From: an uncultured virus (IMG/VR IMGVR_UViG_3300033072_000717)
Taxonomy: Duplodnaviria > Heunggongvirae > Uroviricota > Caudoviricetes
IMG/VR virus record: IMGVR_UViG_3300033072_000717
DNA length: 64,000 bases
Reading direction: 5' to 3' (one strand)
Position 1 is the stretch's first letter; each line of letters begins with the position of its first letter. A program made the translations under genes and the position numbers. Under the pieces are notes generated by a model. It did no database searches and had not been told where the DNA came from. It saw nothing but the letters and a program-made list of their open reading frames with translations. Shown here piece after piece: positions 44,996 through 54,307 of this stretch.

Positions 44996-46921
44996 ATGAT
45001 CTCCATCGAGCAGCTTCAGATCATCCACGAAGCGGCTTCCGAGATAGATGCCGGCGACCAGCGGTGGATTGATGCGGCCAATCTCGCGCTCGCGGCGGAC
45101 GGCATCCAGGAGCGGGTGAACTCCGCCCACGAAGGGCGCGCCGTGCTGCAAACGCTGGAGAAGAACCTCGCAAGCGAGGGCAACTTCATGCACGTCGCCG
45201 TGCTCCTGTGGGGCAATGGCATGTTTGACTCGCGCCCGGAGTGCGTGCGCAGTGTATTTCGCAAGGTCCGGGAAAACTCCCGGCTCATAATCATCGGTGC
45301 CTCCAGCCAGTCGAAGACCTTCTCCGCTGGCGTTTACTACTACCTTGAGTGGCGGCGCGACCCCTACTGGACCGCCGTGAAGCTCGCGGCCCCGAGCGAA
45401 GACCACCTTTACACCAACCTGTTCTCGCACTTGGTCGCGCTCCACCGGGCCTCGGTCATCCCGATGACCGACGACGACTCCGCCCGGGTCAAGGTGAACG
45501 AGACCGACCTGTTCATCTCCATGACCGACGCGCTCCCCGAGATGCGCATCCAGGGCGTCCTGTGCAAACAGAGCCAGGTCTCCGCCGGGGCCATGCGCGG
45601 GCACAAGCCGAAGCCCTATCGCAAGCCGCACCACCCGAAGTGGGGGAACAGCACGCGCCTGTTCATCCTGATTGACGAATGCACGCAGGTGTCGCCCGGC
45701 GCATTCGAGGACATCAAGACGACGGAGGCATCCATTGATGAGGGCATGGACAACGTGAAGATTGTCATGTGCTGCAACCCGGAGGGCGTCAGTTACAAGA
45801 TCGTCCAGATGGCCGAGCCCGAGGACGGGTGGGATGCCGGGCAGGTGGGCAGCCTTTTCGAATGGACGAGCAAGCTGGGCTATCCCGTGCTGCGGCTGGA
45901 CGCGGCGAAGTCCGAGAATGTCACCGAGCGGCGCGTGGTGTTTCCCCGGCTGATGACCTACGAGGCTTATCAGGGATTCCTGCGTGCCGGCGAACACTCC
46001 GCCTCCTACTGGGCCAAGGCGCGGGGATTCCCTCCCCTGATGGACAGCGCCTACAACATCGTGCAGCCGCCGTGGATGCAGTCCCAGCGGGGCGAGCCAA
46101 TCTATGTGGGGCGCGTGCGCAGCATCGCCGTGCTGGATACCGCCCTTGGCGGCGCGGACAAGGCGCTGCTGGGGGTTGGCCGATGGGGCGACGCCTCGGG
46201 CTGGCGCAAGCCGGACGGGACAATCGAGTGGTTCACGTCACGCGCCGATCCCGAGATGCGCATCAACAAGCACGTCGCCGTGCTGGACCAGATTTTCGAC
46301 GTGCCCAAGACCAACAGCACGGTGGAGGTCATTCAGCACGTCATGGGCCTGTGCAAGCGGCTGGGCATCCAGCCCGAGGATGTAGCCATGGACCAGACCG
46401 GGAATGCCGCAGGCGTGTATTCCCATGCGAAGAAGTATTGGGGCAACGTCCTTGGCGTGAACTTCGGCGAGGGCGCCAGCTCGGAGCCGGTCTTGGCCGA
46501 GGATCAGCTGATGGCCTCGGACATCTACGACGGGAAGGTGACTGAACTGTGGTTCGCGATGGCACGCTGGCTGGATCCGGTGGTCTGCGCACTCCTCATC
46601 AACCCCATCGTCCCGCAGCACCCGCTGTTCTCACAAGTCACGACACGCCGATACCGGAACGTCAAGGGCGGTCGGGTGCGCGTCGAGCCCAAGGAGGAAT
46701 ACCGCGTCAGGAACTCGGCACCGTCCCCTGACGAGGCCGACCTGCTGTGTATGCTGGTCGAGTGGTGCCGCAGGCGCGGGGGCTGGACACCTGGAATCAG
46801 CGAACGGGAGACCGGCGACAGTGGCGATGACTTCACCCCCGTTGCAATCGAGAACGCGGAGGACGGCGACGGGTCAATTTCCTCGGCGGAGTGGACCCCC
46901 AACAGACTGGACTCGGAATGA
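44996..46921 (+). CDS. terL: terminase large subunit
   Basis: Walker A-like IIGASSQSKT, Walker B LFILIDE, motif CCNP, nuclease VLDTALGGAD..AMDQTG..SPDEAD. Confidence 0.8.
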   Translation: MISIEQLQIIHEAASEIDAGDQRWIDAANLALAADGIQERVNSAHEGRAVLQTLEKNLASEGNFMHVAVLLWGNGMFDSRPECVRSVFRKVRENSRLIIIGASSQSKTFSAGVYYYLEWRRDPYWTAVKLAAPSEDHLYTNLFSHLVALHRASVIPMTDDDSARVKVNETDLFISMTDALPEMRIQGVLCKQSQVSAGAMRGHKPKPYRKPHHPKWGNSTRLFILIDECTQVSPGAFEDIKTTEASIDEGMDNVKIVMCCNPEGVSYKIVQMAEPEDGWDAGQVGSLFEWTSKLGYPVLRLDAAKSENVTERRVVFPRLMTYEAYQGFLRAGEHSASYWAKARGFPPLMDSAYNIVQPPWMQSQRGEPIYVGRVRSIAVLDTALGGADKALLGVGRWGDASGWRKPDGTIEWFTSRADPEMRINKHVAVLDQIFDVPKTNSTVEVIQHVMGLCKRLGIQPEDVAMDQTGNAAGVYSHAKKYWGNVLGVNFGEGASSEPVLAEDQLMASDIYDGKVTELWFAMARWLDPVVCALLINPIVPQHPLFSQVTTRRYRNVKGGRVRVEPKEEYRVRNSAPSPDEADLLCMLVEWCRRRGGWTPGISERETGDSGDDFTPVAIENAEDGDGSISSAEWTPNRLDSE

Positions 46922-47685
46922 CAGGCGAGAAAAACATCATCACGCTTCCGGATGGCTACACCATCGTGGCCACGCCGAGGCTTTTCAAGTCGGCTGGGGT
47001 TCGCCGACGGAACCTCCCCCACCTCAACGTCTCGGAATCGGAGCGCCAGCACCTCGGCGCCATCATGCTCAAGCACAGTCGCGCCCGCTCAATGTACACC
47101 CAGGGCCAGATGGACTACGCCTTGAACCTGCTCCGGACGATGGGGCTGAAGAAGGCCGCCGCGAGAAGCGGGGTGAACATCAACCTGATCAGGCGGGAGG
47201 TCCACCGCCGGGTGATTGCCGGCAAATACCCCGTCCGGGACGTGGAGTTGTTCTGGGACGTTTACGCGAAGCACAAGTGGAAGCGCGACTTCATCATCAA
47301 GGTGCTCCACGAAGTCGCCCAAACCGGCGACGGCCTCTTTACGGCAGGGAAGCGGGTCAGTGAGCGGGAGGGGATGCCGTGGACCAAGGCGAACTGGGTG
47401 CTGAAGGATTATGGCTACGGTGTCATTTACCCCCCGGAGGGAGGGTGGCCCAACATCCGGATACCTCTTTCCGTGCTTCGGGCTCGCGCAGAAAAACGGC
47501 GAGCTGAAGCGGCCATTTATGCTCACAACAAACGGATGAGGGTGGAAGCTGCCCGGAAGAAGCTTTTCCACCGGCCAGAATCAGCAGACGCCTTTCTTCG
47601 TCGGCGGAGAAGGGTAAGGCGTCCGAAAGGTGCGGACATTCTGCGCACACTTTCGACCGACCCTCCGCCACATCAGGCAGGGTGA
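46918..47685 (+). CDS. hypothetical basic protein (possible HTH)
   Basis: ATGA-coupled to terL; GLKKAAARSGVNINLIRR; 3' end overlaps a convergent ORF. Confidence 0.45.
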   Translation: MTGEKNIITLPDGYTIVATPRLFKSAGVRRRNLPHLNVSESERQHLGAIMLKHSRARSMYTQGQMDYALNLLRTMGLKKAAARSGVNINLIRREVHRRVIAGKYPVRDVELFWDVYAKHKWKRDFIIKVLHEVAQTGDGLFTAGKRVSEREGMPWTKANWVLKDYGYGVIYPPEGGWPNIRIPLSVLRARAEKRRAEAAIYAHNKRMRVEAARKKLFHRPESADAFLRRRRRVRRPKGADILRTLSTDPPPHQAG

Positions 47686-47971
47686 CCAGCTTGGGCGGGT
47701 TCTTCCATGCCCGCATGATCCACTCGTGGACCGGCTCCTTGGGCGCTTCCGGGACCTCCCCAACCTTGGACACCAGCCACGGCCATTCCGCCCGGCAGTA
47801 ATCCTCTACCTCCTTGTGCGGATTCCCCGGCGGCAGGCAGTTCGTCTCACGGTAATCCCGGATCGCGACAAGCAAGCTCCGCAGGTCTTTGGCTGTCACC
47901 CGATAGCCGCTCGGGTCCGGAAAGGCATAGCCGCCAGGCGGGGTCTGGGCGTGGTCAAATATCAGTGGCAT
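47423..47971 (-). CDS. Cys-containing hypothetical protein
   Basis: TPPGGYAFPD..YRETN..R.KVCAECP..C..CW. Confidence 0.55.
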   Translation of the reverse strand: MPLIFDHAQTPPGGYAFPDPSGYRVTAKDLRSLLVAIRDYRETNCLPPGNPHKEVEDYCRAEWPWLVSKVGEVPEAPKEPVHEWIMRAWKNPPKLVTLPDVAEGRSKVCAECPHLSDALPFSADEERRLLILAGGKASSGQLPPSSVCCEHKWPLQLAVFLREPEARKEVSGCWATLPPGGK

Positions 47972-48049
47972 GGGCCGGACCATGGCGGGCCAAGGCGCCA
48001 AACGCAACCGTTGACTCCGATGACTGGACCGCTTTTACTGTATTCATAA

Positions 48050-48763
48050 ATGAACCCACTGGAGCCATATCGCAACATTCTTCCGGAACAGTTTTTCGGG
48101 GAGGATGTCTTGGTCGTGCGCGACCAAGTGTTTGTCGGCGAGCCCAAGGGCACCGGCTCTGACAACCACGCCCACACTCCGGAGCGGCGGGAAGGTCCAA
48201 CGGTGTACGTCAACTGCGTGTTCAACGCCAACGGCGCCGCAGAGGGATTCAAAAGCTCACGCCACTGGTGGGTCGCCTGCGTGGGGTGCCGCTTTCTGGG
48301 TGCGGTGGAGGACGGGGCGGATGTCGTCCGTGGCGGTCACCTGTGGTTTATCGAGTGTCAGTTTGAGCGGGGCAGTGCGAAGCGAGATGTCACCGTCAAG
48401 GGCGGCGCGCTTGGCGTCCATTTCCGCAACTGCACCGGGCTCAACAAGATCACGCTTGGCGACTACACGAAGTATGACCTCAAGGCCGTATATCCCGGAG
48501 GCAAGACCAAGCGCGCCGGCCTTTTCTCATTTGCCCGCCCGCCCGTGCGCGGCGTGTTTATCTCGGACTGCGGCTCGCCCGTGATCGAAATCCTGCACGC
48601 CGAAAAGCCAGTCGTGACAGGGGGGACACCGAGGTTTAACTACCCAGCCCGCGTGCTACTTAGGGACTGGACAGACAGTTACTTCTTTGTCAGGGCTAAG
48701 TTCTTCAAGGAGAAGAATCCACCCGCCGAAGATGAGTTCAAAATCGACCCGAGGGAGTTGTGA
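48050..48763 (+). CDS. putative beta-helix (pectate-lyase-like) protein
   Basis: Repeated NCVF/GCRF/ECQF/NCTG with EDGADVVRG. Confidence 0.45.
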   Translation: MNPLEPYRNILPEQFFGEDVLVVRDQVFVGEPKGTGSDNHAHTPERREGPTVYVNCVFNANGAAEGFKSSRHWWVACVGCRFLGAVEDGADVVRGGHLWFIECQFERGSAKRDVTVKGGALGVHFRNCTGLNKITLGDYTKYDLKAVYPGGKTKRAGLFSFARPPVRGVFISDCGSPVIEILHAEKPVVTGGTPRFNYPARVLLRDWTDSYFFVRAKFFKEKNPPAEDEFKIDPREL

Positions 48764-48844
48764 CATGCGCCTCGTTGCATCATACCCCGGATGCTGGGTT
48801 TACAAGGACCGCCTGGGCTTCCGCTACTTCTTTGCGTTTCAGCT

Positions 48845-49618
48845 ATGAGGAGCGACGACAAAGGCGACTACGCGGTGCTCGCCGCCATCATGGTCGGGGT
48901 GATGCTCCTTTTCCTCGGCTCACTGGTTGCCGGCTGCAAGACGATGGCACCGCTTAAAGGCGGTGCGGCGGCCATTTCTGACGCCATAGCGCGGCCCTTC
49001 ACGAAGGCTACCGAGACCCCGGCCGAGGCCACAAGGCCATCCAGCGGCAGCAGGAAGGCCAGTGCGGCCCTCCCTGCGGACGGAATGAGGCTTGAGCAGG
49101 GCGACAACCCCGCCACCCCGGCCTCCCAGAGCTTCGAGAACAGCCGGGAGGACACGCTGATTTTCGCAGCGCCCACGACCATCACCGAGGTTGTAAAAAG
49201 CCCATCCGGCGGGGAGATAACCCGAAAGATCGAGGTGCCGGCGGGGAGCCAGCGGGTAAGCCGGGACTTGGCCAAGGGGGGCCAGACCCTCGGGGCGGCG
49301 CAGAAAGACACGAGCCGGGAACTAGCTGCCAAGCTGGCCAGCTATTCCAAGCTCCAGTGGGTTGGGGTCGGCCTGATGGTATTCGGCGTTGCCGGCCTTT
49401 TCTACGCGCCATTGAGAATCATTCTCGGCGGCGGCAAGCAGTTCCCGGTGGGCATCGGAGCACTCGGGGCGCTCCTCACCGTGGCGCCCATGCTGATCGC
49501 CGGCAATGAGGGCGTCATCCTCGGCGGGGCCGTGCTGCTGGCCGGCATCGGGTGGGGCGTGGTCAGGCTCACGCGCAAGGAAACCGAGGCGGATGTGGTG
49601 AAGGGGAGGGCGCAATGA
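48845..49618 (+). CDS. membrane lipoprotein (possible lysis function)
   Basis: Signal peptide with LVAGC lipobox and three C-terminal TM segments. Confidence 0.55.
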   Translation: MRSDDKGDYAVLAAIMVGVMLLFLGSLVAGCKTMAPLKGGAAAISDAIARPFTKATETPAEATRPSSGSRKASAALPADGMRLEQGDNPATPASQSFENSREDTLIFAAPTTITEVVKSPSGGEITRKIEVPAGSQRVSRDLAKGGQTLGAAQKDTSRELAAKLASYSKLQWVGVGLMVFGVAGLFYAPLRIILGGGKQFPVGIGALGALLTVAPMLIAGNEGVILGGAVLLAGIGWGVVRLTRKETEADVVKGRAQ

Positions 49619-49827
49619 TCACCATCGAGAAAGCCATCCTCAATGCGATGCGGTGCGTGTGCTGCAACTCCTCGCCGCACGACTGGATTCCCGACCACGA
49701 CCTCAAGGGCTTTGTCTGCCACGACTGCAATCACCACCTGAACAGCGCAGTCTATCACCTTTACAGGAGCGCCGGGATCGCGGGGTGCATCTCGGCAGAA
49801 GACCGAAACGCAAAACCCAAGCACTGA
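49615..49827 (+). CDS. small CxxC protein
   Basis: CVCC..CHDC. Confidence 0.45.
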   Translation: MITIEKAILNAMRCVCCNSSPHDWIPDHDLKGFVCHDCNHHLNSAVYHLYRSAGIAGCISAEDRNAKPKH

Positions 49828-49829
49828 CC

Positions 49830-50126
49830 ATGCCGCGCCGCACCAACCAACCACGCTACGATCCGCAGTCCATGGACTCTCAGTTCGCGACACTACTGTC
49901 CGAACTCAAGGCCACGCGAGAGGCGCTGGACGGCAAACTGACGACGCACGGGAATCGCCTGACGGAAATCCACGTCGAGGTGAAGAAGACCAATGGCCGG
50001 GTCACCAGCCTGGAGTCATGGCGCACGTCATCCCGGGGGTGGGTCCTCGGTGTGTCGGCGGCGGTCGGCACCATCGCCAGCCTCGGCGCCGCCATCCTCA
50101 AGGCAGTCGTCACCAAGGGGGAATAA
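49830..50126 (+). CDS. holin-like coiled-coil/TM protein
   Basis: VKKTNGRVTSLESWR followed by a TM segment. Confidence 0.5.
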   Translation: MPRRTNQPRYDPQSMDSQFATLLSELKATREALDGKLTTHGNRLTEIHVEVKKTNGRVTSLESWRTSSRGWVLGVSAAVGTIASLGAAILKAVVTKGE

Positions 50127-50129
50127 CTT

Positions 50130-51143
50130 ATGAGCAAGACCAACTGGGCAGCCATCCAGCGCGACACTTCGGAGTCGCTTTTCAGACAGAAGATAGCGGA
50201 GGCGGAGCAGCGCGTCAAAGCCTACGAGCAGGCGGTCCATGACGCGATCGAGCAGCGCGATGCCGCCCTCGCCATTGCCAAGGCCCGGCCCGGCATCCAC
50301 ACCATCAAGCCGAAGCCAAGCTCCTCGGCGGATTCGGAGGCCACCGCGGTCGCCTTGGCGGGCGACTGGCATTCCGAGGAAACCGTGGACGCCAAGAGCG
50401 TCAACGGGCTGAACGAGTTCAACCTCGACATCGCCGACCATCGCATCGACCGCTTCTTCCAGTCGGTTCTCCGGCTCACGGAGATCGAGCGCAACGGCAC
50501 GCGGGTCCCCAACCTCGTCATCTGCCTCCTGGGCGACATGATGACCGGCTACATCCACGAGGAATTGCAGGAGAACAACGGGCTCTCCCCGACCGAGACC
50601 GTCCTCTGGCTGCGGAAGCGCATCAACGGCGGCCTCAAGCTGCTTAAGACCAAGGGGAAGTTCGATCACATCACGGTCACCGGCTCATTCGGCAACCACG
50701 GGAGGACCACCAAGAAGCCGCGCCACGCCACCGGGGCGGCGAACAGCTACGAGTGGATGATGTACCAGATGCTCAAGGACGACACGCCGGAGGTCGAGTG
50801 GGTGATCGCGGACGGCTACTTCCTGTTCGTGGAGATTTATGGGCGGTTGTTCCGCATCCACCACGGCGACAACCTGCAATACAACGGCGGCATCGGCGGC
50901 CTGACCATCCCGGCGGAGAAAGCCATCGCCTCGTGGAACAAGTCGCGCCCCGTTTACATGGACCTGTTCGGCCATCACCACACGTCCATGCAGAACCCGC
51001 GGTGGATTTGCAACGGGTCCCTCATCGGGTATGGCCCCTACTCCATCGCCATCAAGGCCGGCTTCGAGGAGCCCTCCCAGACGTTCTTCCTCGTGGACTC
51101 CAAGCGGGGGCGCACCGGGACCTGGCCCATTTTTCTCACATGA
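50130..51143 (+). CDS. calcineurin-like metallophosphoesterase
   Basis: GDWH, LLGDM, GNHGR, HHGD, FGHHH motifs. Confidence 0.8.
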   Translation: MSKTNWAAIQRDTSESLFRQKIAEAEQRVKAYEQAVHDAIEQRDAALAIAKARPGIHTIKPKPSSSADSEATAVALAGDWHSEETVDAKSVNGLNEFNLDIADHRIDRFFQSVLRLTEIERNGTRVPNLVICLLGDMMTGYIHEELQENNGLSPTETVLWLRKRINGGLKLLKTKGKFDHITVTGSFGNHGRTTKKPRHATGAANSYEWMMYQMLKDDTPEVEWVIADGYFLFVEIYGRLFRIHHGDNLQYNGGIGGLTIPAEKAIASWNKSRPVYMDLFGHHHTSMQNPRWICNGSLIGYGPYSIAIKAGFEEPSQTFFLVDSKRGRTGTWPIFLT

Positions 51144-51547
51144 AGACAAACTGGAACAAGATCGTGGAAGACGCACAGGCCAAGCGCCATGTGCTGCCGG
51201 AAGGATGGAGCGACCGCGAATCGGTCGCTGAACAAATCGGATGCGCGCCCGACAACGTGCGCAAGATGCTGAACTCGGCGATCTCCTTGGGGATTGTCGA
51301 GTGCAAGGTGCTCGGGGTCTGGGACTCGAACCTCAAGCGCGTCCGCCAGGTCATGTGCTATCGCGAGATCAACGCCGCGTCGCCTGAGCCGACTCCCGCC
51401 AAGGAAGGTGGCCAGCCGTGGACCGCGGACATGGTTGCCCGAGGGAAGGCGCTCCGCGCCAGCGGGAAATCGTGGTCCCAAATCGCGGCCGTCCTCGGCA
51501 AGACCCGTGCCTCAGTCAAGCACAAGATCATGCGCGCCAAGGCGTAG
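51140..51547 (+). CDS. HTH-containing protein (GcrA-like C-terminus)
   Basis: WTADMV..LRASGKSWSQIAAVLGKTRASVKHK. Confidence 0.65.
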   Translation: MKTNWNKIVEDAQAKRHVLPEGWSDRESVAEQIGCAPDNVRKMLNSAISLGIVECKVLGVWDSNLKRVRQVMCYREINAASPEPTPAKEGGQPWTADMVARGKALRASGKSWSQIAAVLGKTRASVKHKIMRAKA

Positions 51548-51639
51548 CAGGCCAATCCCGCCACACCACCCCGCCTTCTACCCGGCGGTCGCCGCCAGTG
51601 GCTTCGGCAAAAGCAGGCTGCTGGCGGCAGCCAAGGCGG

Positions 51640-53334
51640 TCAGCGTGCCCAATCGAAGAAGCGCTTCCCGATGATGGCAGCGGCCTGACGCTTGTTCATC
51701 TTGACCGCCGCGGGATCGGGAATGCCGAGCTGCTTGAGAAAGTTCATTTGCCGGACGCTGGCCAAGCCAAGCCGTTCGCGGTCGCGGATGCGGGCGATGA
51801 CCTTCTGTGCCAGCCCGGTCGTCTTGATCGCACTGGTGTCGATGCCGGCCTGAAGGATAAAGTCCAGCTCGGCGCGGGCCGGGGGGCGGGCATCCGCCGT
51901 GGTTTCCGGGACATAGGACGCCAGGACCTCATCCCCGACCGAGACTGCCCATGCCAGGGGGTCAATCGTCCTCGGCTGCTTCTTACTGTGCTTCCGCGCC
52001 TCCTTCTCCAAGGTCTTGATCAGGTCCCGCTCGGCGTCCCTGGTCGCATCCTTCACGGCATCGAGCATGGACTTGGTGGACTTCTTCATCTTCTCCTTGA
52101 TCTCCGCCGTATCAGCGACCGCATCAAGCGCGTCGCACAGGTCAATGCGCTCGTGAATCCAGAGCGGGTCCAAGATCAGCAGGTTGGGCTTTTTGCTGGC
52201 GGCGATTGCGGCGCGCCTTTCCTCGGCGGTCATTGACTGGTTTACCACCCCGGGGAGCACGCGGGTCCCGCGCCCGACCAGCTGCCGGTAGAACCCCTTC
52301 GACTTGGTGGCCCGGGCGACCAGTACGCAATCGGTGTCAGGGAAGTCAGCACCCTCGGTGTAGAGCGCCGCATTCACCAGCACAGTGCCGGGTCCGGCGT
52401 CCACATAACGCTGGGTCTTCTCGTCCACATCCAGGCACTCGCCCGAGACGAAGATTCCGGTCATGCCCTTGGCTGTGATCGCATCGGCCAGCAGTTTGGC
52501 GCAGTGGATTGACGGCGTGAACGCGATGGTCTTTCGGTCCTTGGCCAACGCGGCCACCTGCTCGGCGAGGGCGCCGATGACGGGCTCCAGCTTGCGCGAA
52601 AGGTCGCCAGCCCGGAAGTCCGAGCCGTTCGGCGTGCGCCCGGGGCGAAGGTCGCGAATGTCAATCCTGAGCGGCATCGACTTGGTGGTCGGTGGCACCA
52701 GCCAGCCGTCCTCCACGGCGGAGATCAGGGAATACGGGGGTTCGACAAAGTAATCGAAGAACTCGGCCAGCTCCTCAATTGGGGTGGCCGTGATACCGAG
52801 GACCCGCGCCTTGTGCTGGTAGGTGCCACGCGGGGGCGCGACCCAGCCCTCGGCCAGTGACTCGGCCCCGATGTGGAAGTAGTTCAGGACCCGCAGCCAT
52901 GTTTCCGCGACAACGTGGTGACTTTCGTCGGCCACGATCAGGTCAAAGTGATCGTCGGCAAATGCGGAAAGTCGATTGACGCGGGCCAAAGTCTGCACGC
53001 TGGCCACCACGACCATGGCCTGCGGGCTTGCGCTCTCGCCCGCCATCTCGATCGCCGCCTCGACGCCGGTTTCGGCGGTGATGCGATGGGCGGACTGCCT
53101 GACCAGCTTGTCGCGGTTCGCGAGGAACAGGCAGCGCCGCCCAGCGGCGACCTCGCGCCGGAAAATCTCGGCGGCAACGGTCGTCTTCCCTGTTCCGGTC
53201 GCCATCTCCAGCAGGATGCGCGGAAACCTCGGCCAATGCCGATAGATGGTGTCTATCCTGGTCAGCTGGTAGTCGCGCGGCGCAAACCCCGAGGCCGCAG
53301 GGGCGTCGTCGTCAAAGCACAAGCCTTCTGGCAT
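51640..53334 (-). CDS. SF2 DEAD/DEAH-box helicase
   Basis: PRDYQ, MATGTGKT, ADESHH, GITATP, EGADFP, QLVGRGTR. Confidence 0.92.
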   Translation of the reverse strand: MPEGLCFDDDAPAASGFAPRDYQLTRIDTIYRHWPRFPRILLEMATGTGKTTVAAEIFRREVAAGRRCLFLANRDKLVRQSAHRITAETGVEAAIEMAGESASPQAMVVVASVQTLARVNRLSAFADDHFDLIVADESHHVVAETWLRVLNYFHIGAESLAEGWVAPPRGTYQHKARVLGITATPIEELAEFFDYFVEPPYSLISAVEDGWLVPPTTKSMPLRIDIRDLRPGRTPNGSDFRAGDLSRKLEPVIGALAEQVAALAKDRKTIAFTPSIHCAKLLADAITAKGMTGIFVSGECLDVDEKTQRYVDAGPGTVLVNAALYTEGADFPDTDCVLVARATKSKGFYRQLVGRGTRVLPGVVNQSMTAEERRAAIAASKKPNLLILDPLWIHERIDLCDALDAVADTAEIKEKMKKSTKSMLDAVKDATRDAERDLIKTLEKEARKHSKKQPRTIDPLAWAVSVGDEVLASYVPETTADARPPARAELDFILQAGIDTSAIKTTGLAQKVIARIRDRERLGLASVRQMNFLKQLGIPDPAAVKMNKRQAAAIIGKRFFDWAR

Positions 53335-53370
53335 CGGGGTTGATTCTTGCTAAAGGGGTGGAGGGGAGGC

Positions 53371-53420
53371 GTTAGCGGGGGTTGATATGCGAACCGCCGG
53401 TTTGATATTCAGTGTTAGGC
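53371..53420 (+). other. conserved array-head (attI-like) site, copy 2
   Basis: GTTAGCGGGGGTTGATATGCGAACCGCCGGTTTGATATTCAGT-GTTAGGC (perfect GTTRRRY core). Confidence 0.7.
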
Positions 53421-53617
53421 CGAGAGAGGTCCAAGAACGCCGTGCATCGCGTGCCGTGAAGTTCGTTGGTCCACTTGTCGAAAAGCGGGCAGTAGCCGAC
53501 ATGCATCCGGGGCTGGCAGGGCTCCCAGTGGTGGCATGCGCGGCAGTGTCCCGCCGAACCCTCGCCTGTGCCAACGCTTTTGCTCTGTCCTTTTTCGGTT
53601 ATGATTTCTCCGCTCAT
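53372..53617 (-). CDS. small Cys-rich cassette protein
   Basis: CRACHHW..GYCP..C; C-terminus PNTEYQTGGSHINPR encoded by the attI-like site. Confidence 0.6.
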   Translation of the reverse strand: MSGEIITEKGQSKSVGTGEGSAGHCRACHHWEPCQPRMHVGYCPLFDKWTNELHGTRCTAFLDLSRPNTEYQTGGSHINPR

Positions 53618-53671
53618 GGTTTCGGGGTGGTTGAAGGGTTGGGCCCGCCGTCGCTAAGCTTTTCGTTCGGA
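53553..53671 (+). other. hybrid/degenerate attC-like site
   Basis: GCCGAAC-CCTCG-CCTGTGCC-AAC and GCTAAGC-TTTTC-GTTCGGA arms are each attC-like but do not pair well with each other. Confidence 0.5.
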
Positions 53672-53910
53672 AAGACGGCGGCGCGGAAGTTTGCGGGAGA
53701 GTCGGTATGATAGCGGAGGTCGTCGATGATGTCGCCAGCGGTGGTCAGGCATCCCTCGCGCGCGGTCTGCATGGCCAGCCATTCGCGGCACGCCTCAAGC
53801 GTGGATTCAATTTCCGAACCCGGCGCCAGAGCCAACGCCCGTTGCTGGGCCGGTTGGTCGGGGATGGCTCCAACGCTCGGGGCCGGTGAGTTGTTCGGGG
53901 CGTGGCTCAT
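53614..53910 (-). CDS. hypothetical cassette protein
   Basis: Cassette ends GTTCGGAAA (53665) and TTTCCGAAC (53811) are exact reverse complements; ATG lies in the attC L' box. Confidence 0.65.
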   Translation of the reverse strand: MSHAPNNSPAPSVGAIPDQPAQQRALALAPGSEIESTLEACREWLAMQTAREGCLTTAGDIIDDLRYHTDSPANFRAAVFPNEKLSDGGPNPSTTPKP

Positions 53911-53924
53911 CTTATTTGTTCGGC
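53813..53924 (+). other. attC-like recombination site
   Basis: TCCGAAC-CCGGC-GCCAGAGC-CAACGCCC [loop] GGGCGTG-GCTCATC-TTATTT-GTTCGGC. Confidence 0.8.
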
Positions 53925-54247
53925 CGACTGACCGTGATGGCGAATCGACCGATTTGGAGAATCACACGCGGGAGGTTTCTCGCGGCTTTAAGATGGCTCT
54001 CGTTTGCGATGTCGCAGGCGAACACCCGCACTTCATGCGGCAGCGCGAGGTTGTCGGTGTGGTTCTGGAGTCTGTCCTTGCGCCCAGCCGCCCACGCATC
54101 GCCAAGAAGTTTGTGGGCGTCGTTGAGCGCGGCTTGCTGCGTGCCTTTGGAGTAGCACAGCCAGAACCAAGAAGGCCCGGCCATGCGCCAGAGCCAGCGC
54201 CGGAGAGCGCCAGTGAGAATGCGGAGTCGTGGGGCGGCGTGGCTCAT
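53912..54247 (-). CDS. hypothetical cassette protein
   Basis: Starts (MSHA) in one attC arm and stops (PNK*) in the next. Confidence 0.6.
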   Translation of the reverse strand: MSHAAPRLRILTGALRRWLWRMAGPSWFWLCYSKGTQQAALNDAHKLLGDAWAAGRKDRLQNHTDNLALPHEVRVFACDIANESHLKAARNLPRVILQIGRFAITVSRPNK

Positions 54248-54262
54248 TTCGGAATGTTAGAC
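54175..54262 (+). other. attC-like site with mutated R'' box
   Basis: GCCCGGC (AAC to GGC)-CATGC-GCCAGAGC-CAGCGCCG [loop] CGGCGTG-GCTCATT-TCGGAAT-GTTAGAC. Confidence 0.6.
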
Positions 54263-54307
54263 AAGGCAGACCATTTTCCCGGCGTCAGGAAATTGGTTCT
54301 CCTTTGC

